From an uncultured Thermoprotei archaeon (GTDB lineage: Archaea > Thermoproteota > Thermoprotei > Thermofilales > B15-G2): a DNA stretch of 64,000 nucleotides. The DNA lies in contig CBDUKN010000007.1 in assembly GCA_965367815.1 (NCBI GenBank), positions 1 to 64,000 on the forward strand, read 5' to 3'. Under the pieces are notes generated by a model. That model had not been told where the DNA came from. It saw only the letters and a list, made by a program, of their open reading frames with translations, and ran no database searches. Shown one piece after another: positions 60,901 to 64,000 of the stretch (position 1 is the first letter of the stretch; each line of letters begins with the position of its first letter). The translations under genes and the position numbers were made by a program.

Positions 60901-61071
60901 AGGTGCACAAAGAGTTCTAAAGAGAAGTTCTATAGAGTAGAGCTCTACGCGAAGCCTCATGGCGAAAAAGAAATCCCGCTGAGGTACCTTGATAGAGTAG
61001 CCTCAATGATCAACGATATACTCAAGTCATGGGAAGAAGAAAGAAAGAGGCTGCTGTCGTCGCGCCGATAA
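57961..61071 (+). CDS. Large secreted/membrane protein with FtsX/MacB-like permease domain
   Basis: Signal peptide, beta-rich N-terminus, helical coiled region, TM block, LAEKLGVKVGD (MacB-PCD-like), ERRREIFIFNAIG...FLAES. Confidence 0.75.
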   Translation: MLKGKLLAFILGLTLISAALLAPISAVPMFTIRGYVKTWKGEPHTNTIVVAFDIANYEVRGVTKTNASGYFEITVPRGYKYVVFILPLNANGTALSHVPEIADLHSFEDLVEVTINFKAYPAAFVKVYGTIHYVGGDWLEIFSLKVLDTSGTRISEVLDAGKAVYSREFVGKGEVKVSLVDEYGTASSFLVYYEVGVRRGKLPAGLADKSIAIVPAEKPVIVEFTTSIIDNRKPPFLREPIHRVKFTIGDPLNPLTLKPGEKVLFDIEKESLKRIIQEVRRDVDIAESLIEEMERMGFYLAPERADLAKAIALIEEAKLAYEQNQPVEQIIEKLERAYVIATQVVAGRVFFLKTVALEGAPLLSYFIALFAAVMAYYFFEDPKKKLYSFIAFFAAFMIIFALSYPGFPLLWNNRRDLFLISVSTAFFGVLFLLFYLPIKIKEAELPGTFRRGAILAVTFSLAKRFSRLKKTRTGIVVFSLAALIWAFTVLASISTVYGIWSAEVPSVTKVNALVVKHLINETTISSLGYFSDYQWFVQQLGNDSVSVVVYNDPTIKLTILITSPEGKSVEVKAFMGVSEIEDKITGISKIIVEGDWSKVEEKNSVFLPSTLAEKLGVKVGDVVKIEVYRPGVEIPVSEKYVVAGIFDELSLDRIKDIDGTPLKPLVLVKGGFAPANSTDIIIGNWEYLLKEVLLEEKALFSTVFKIYRIAAVGSSDVLKSVARRYIERKGEGYYVYVNTEGKCYKLFFGQKVENILMRNVDFIIPIAIVISVVLVSMYSIVEERRREIFIFNAIGFNPMHIAFLFLAESIVYGLISGGLGYIAGIVTFRVMATYFSSLNLLVREKLEWYWSIIAIFISILVAMIASFKPALKAAMMYTPSRVRRVKATEAEKLKREEKILVTYVGKRYLLSAKIKEDEAVIFFSFIYSRLKDMESGYTERVEDLQEYDEEELPDGTLVKRFTFKCVLLVEGERVVIDNDLRCTKSSKEKFYRVELYAKPHGEKEIPLRYLDRVASMINDILKSWEEERKRLLSSRR

Positions 61072-61072
61072 A

Positions 61073-62659
61073 ATGTTAAGTAAATATTTGGACAAAGAAT
61101 TTTTGTTAACTTTATTTATTCTAATTATTTTGCTTATAGAAATAATAGCATTATTTATACTACCTAGCTTTAAAGTAAAAAAGTTAACTAGAGAAGAATA
61201 CTTAGCGAAAGCTATTGAAGCCTACGAGTGGATGATGCAGTTCCAGATAACTCCTCCCGGCACTCCATGGGGATGGCACCTGAACTGCAGAGACGCATGG
61301 GGAGGACTAGCAGGCTACTACACCAGACACTGCAAGTGGGCAGCAGTGTACGGTGCTGAAAGCTTCTATCAGCTCTACATAGCCTCACACGACGTAGGCT
61401 GGTTCTTGGAACTCGGAGTAGACCTATATAATATAACCGGCGAAGAAAAGTACCTTAAAGCTACTGAACTAGCAGCACAGTGGGCTCTCAGAATACAAGT
61501 AGGGTACAGTTCTTGGCTTAAAAAATTCGAAAAGCGCTACATTATGCCTCAAAAAAGTGAACGCAGTGTTAGCTGGAGATACGTTCCTGGTATAAAGTTT
61601 TCTAATGAGGTCATTGGAGCATACACTGAAGGAATGTTTGTTTTCAGCGGCGAACCACCATATCTTCATGATTGGAGTGAAGGAGTATGCTACGCTGAGC
61701 CAGCACTTTGGGTTGCGCCCGAGCATGTCATACCTATAGCTAAAGGTTTACTAAAACTATACTTAGCAACAAAGAATAAAACATACTTAATGTCAGCTAT
61801 GAGGGCACTCGACTTTATAGCTAGAATGCAGTCTCCTGAAGGCGGTATATACACGTGTTATCCTCCGAATGCCTACGGAATTAGAATGAGTGATACAGCT
61901 AGTGCAGCTGAACTTTTCCTTTATGCCTACATAGTGGTAGGAAACAAAACTTATCTCGAAAGAGGACTTAAGGCATGTGACTTCATGATAAGCAAGCAAG
62001 TAGCTTACGGCAGGTGGAGAGGAGTGCTGCCTCACTTGTCTACAGCTGGAGGTTCTTGGAGAAAACACAGTTATTTTACAGGCGACGCTGCTGAGGCTAT
62101 TATAGCCTGGTTAAAAGCATATGAGCTTACGGGTGAATATAAGTATCTGGAGGCGGCTGTAAGAGCAGCTTACTTTCTTCTTAGAATGCAGGAAACAGAC
62201 GCCAGTAAGCCTTGGGGTACTAAGATATATTCATGGGATAAGCGTGCAGTAGGAGGATTCTACTGGGCCTATGTGCCAGGCTACGGCATCTTGGAATACC
62301 AATTTGTTTCATCAACTACGTCAGCCGCCATAGCTTTACTCAAATTATACACTGTAGTCGAAGAACCTATTTTCTTAGAAAGCGTGAACTTGGCTTTAAA
62401 ATGGCTTCTCGAGACAGAAATATATTCTCCTTCAAACACATACTTAGATCTTCCCGGCTTAACCGTAGTAAGCGATCCTCACGGACTTTATAAAAGCGGA
62501 TATGTCCCACTATACGGTAAGTATTACGATGAAATCCCCGGAACAATGACAGGAGACCCCGAGCAAGGCTTCTGTGTAGCAATGGCTGCCTCCGGTCCCT
62601 GCTACCTCTTCCTTGAAATATACAGATTATACCATAAAGTATATAATCAGCAGAAGTAG
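61073..62659 (+). CDS. Membrane-anchored (alpha/alpha) toroid protein (prenyltransferase/glycosidase/epimerase-like repeats)
   Basis: N-terminal TM; repeats LYxxTGxxKYLxAAxxAxxWLxxxQ. Confidence 0.65.
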   Translation: MLSKYLDKEFLLTLFILIILLIEIIALFILPSFKVKKLTREEYLAKAIEAYEWMMQFQITPPGTPWGWHLNCRDAWGGLAGYYTRHCKWAAVYGAESFYQLYIASHDVGWFLELGVDLYNITGEEKYLKATELAAQWALRIQVGYSSWLKKFEKRYIMPQKSERSVSWRYVPGIKFSNEVIGAYTEGMFVFSGEPPYLHDWSEGVCYAEPALWVAPEHVIPIAKGLLKLYLATKNKTYLMSAMRALDFIARMQSPEGGIYTCYPPNAYGIRMSDTASAAELFLYAYIVVGNKTYLERGLKACDFMISKQVAYGRWRGVLPHLSTAGGSWRKHSYFTGDAAEAIIAWLKAYELTGEYKYLEAAVRAAYFLLRMQETDASKPWGTKIYSWDKRAVGGFYWAYVPGYGILEYQFVSSTTSAAIALLKLYTVVEEPIFLESVNLALKWLLETEIYSPSNTYLDLPGLTVVSDPHGLYKSGYVPLYGKYYDEIPGTMTGDPEQGFCVAMAASGPCYLFLEIYRLYHKVYNQQK

Positions 62660-62666
62660 GAGGTAG

Positions 62667-64000
62667 ATGTATATGTTTGATAAAGCTTTTCAGTTGGCAA
62701 TAATGATTTTCTCGAGCTTAATGATGGCACAGCTTTTCTCTAGAACTTTATTCGAAAAAGAGTTTTACAGAAAAGTAAACTTCCTGTTAATATTTCTTGT
62801 ATCAGTCTTACTCATGTATAAAATAGAGCCAATGCCCTTCGAACTAGCTCTTTCGCTTATAGTGCCGCCCTTTAGACTAGAGTACTTAATGACTTTTATT
62901 CTAGCGTTTATACCCTTCCTTATTCCTTTAGCTATACTATTTTCACGCGGCGAAACGTGGCTACTCGCAGAGATAGTCGTACGTTTTCTTAGAAGAAGGC
63001 GCCTTAGAACACTATTAAATGTAATGACAGTAGCCTTAGTACTCTCGGTACTAACCTCGGTTGCCGCTATATCGCCGCTAAAATCATTTTATGTAATGAA
63101 AATAGCACAGACACCAGCAGAGCTAAAAGAGCTGTGCAAGCACCACCACGTATACATATTGCTCTATAAGGAATATACCTGGATTGCATCTACTGAGGCA
63201 AGTATACAGAAGGAAGAAATGAAGTCGCTGACACTGGAAGTGAAAACAGGCTTCTTGTCACTTTTCAGCAAACCTGAAGCAGTAATAGACTTCATGTACA
63301 CTGAAGGCCTAGCTGACGGGAAAAAAGTTCAAATTCTCATAACCGATACTAACACTTTACAAGAGATCTTTCCATCAAATTTAATATTAAAAAAATTAAA
63401 TGAAAAAACACTAGCTTACGCCAATTCATATACTTTAATAAATACTACAATCAAAATAAACAGTATTGATCGCGAATTTAAGCCCAGCGGATTATTTAAT
63501 TTAACAGAAGTGAAAATAACAAGAGACATAGCTATTCTAACAAAAACTCCTTCAATCTTAATCGACATTAAAGCACTTAAACCAGAAGAGATTTTAAACC
63601 TCGTAGATGCAGGAGCCTTAAAGTACGTAGTTGTCGCAGTAAATCATGCTGTTAGCAAATCGAATCTAGAAAAATTCATTAAGTTATTTTCAAGTGAAGC
63701 GAGCTACCAAGAAAAAGCTCTTGTATACACACCACTAGTATTGCAAATAGATGAAAATAACGTAATGATGTATTTCACTATAGGCACATACTACATGTTT
63801 TCAGGCGAAATAGGGTACTTGTTCTTTGCAGCACTATCAATTTTCCTACTCCTATTTTCAACAATTCTAGGAACTGTATATGAGAGAAGCAAAGAGTACT
63901 CCATCCTAGCCTGTCTAGGGGCAACTCCTAGTAAAATATACCTTGTCATGTTCCTTGAAGGAGCCTACCTAGCCTCCCTTGGAGGAGTACTCTCAATGTT
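62667..64000 (+). CDS. Second FtsX-like permease (3'-truncated by window edge)
   Basis: GGAGGT upstream; open frame with TM segments, RRRLRTLL, GTVYERSKEYSILACLGATP...MFLEG. Confidence 0.75.
   Translation, partial: MYMFDKAFQLAIMIFSSLMMAQLFSRTLFEKEFYRKVNFLLIFLVSVLLMYKIEPMPFELALSLIVPPFRLEYLMTFILAFIPFLIPLAILFSRGETWLLAEIVVRFLRRRRLRTLLNVMTVALVLSVLTSVAAISPLKSFYVMKIAQTPAELKELCKHHHVYILLYKEYTWIASTEASIQKEEMKSLTLEVKTGFLSLFSKPEAVIDFMYTEGLADGKKVQILITDTNTLQEIFPSNLILKKLNEKTLAYANSYTLINTTIKINSIDREFKPSGLFNLTEVKITRDIAILTKTPSILIDIKALKPEEILNLVDAGALKYVVVAVNHAVSKSNLEKFIKLFSSEASYQEKALVYTPLVLQIDENNVMMYFTIGTYYMFSGEIGYLFFAALSIFLLLFSTILGTVYERSKEYSILACLGATPSKIYLVMFLEGAYLASLGGVLSM

Noticed and set aside
348-62582. Numerous 60-165 aa ORFs antisense to or nested in confident genes (e.g. 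15288-15779, 16405-16902, 59607-60029)
   Set aside because: Ser/Leu/Phe-rich shadow frames of real genes
1-64000. CRISPR array, tRNA or rRNA genes
   Set aside because: No regularly spaced direct repeats, cloverleafs or long GC-rich rRNA-like tracts seen by eye

Overview
This is an archaeal chromosomal window, most likely Thermoproteota (Thermoproteales/Thermofilum-like). That call is an inference from the AGOG glycosylase, PDCD5 homologue, box C/D sRNAs and TATA boxes ~25-30 nt before short-leader GTG/ATG starts. It is a dense mosaic of ~55 metabolic, repair, transport and toxin-antitoxin genes plus several frameshifted pseudogenes. No rRNA, tRNA or CRISPR array was seen. The main finding is a ~2.18 kb transposase-less TnpB element (~44513-46690) inserted into a HEPN toxin gene. 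Its tnpB ORF is flanked by sequences 1.47 kb apart that pair into a 21-bp helix ending in a bulge-helix-bulge-like motif. This suggests the ORF is an archaeal-type intron whose excision would join two halves of a structured guide (omega/re) RNA. The TnpB also has a Fanzor-like rearranged RuvC site. Other points of interest: two Rab-like GTPases near a WD40 gene and decayed V4R/wHTH genes, a murQ-namZ peptidoglycan-scavenging pair in an archaeon, four candidate small ncRNAs, a radical-SAM/HhH + AGOG operon, and an unexplained FtsX-like envelope operon at the right edge. All calls come from motif reading by eye; no searches or folding programs were run.
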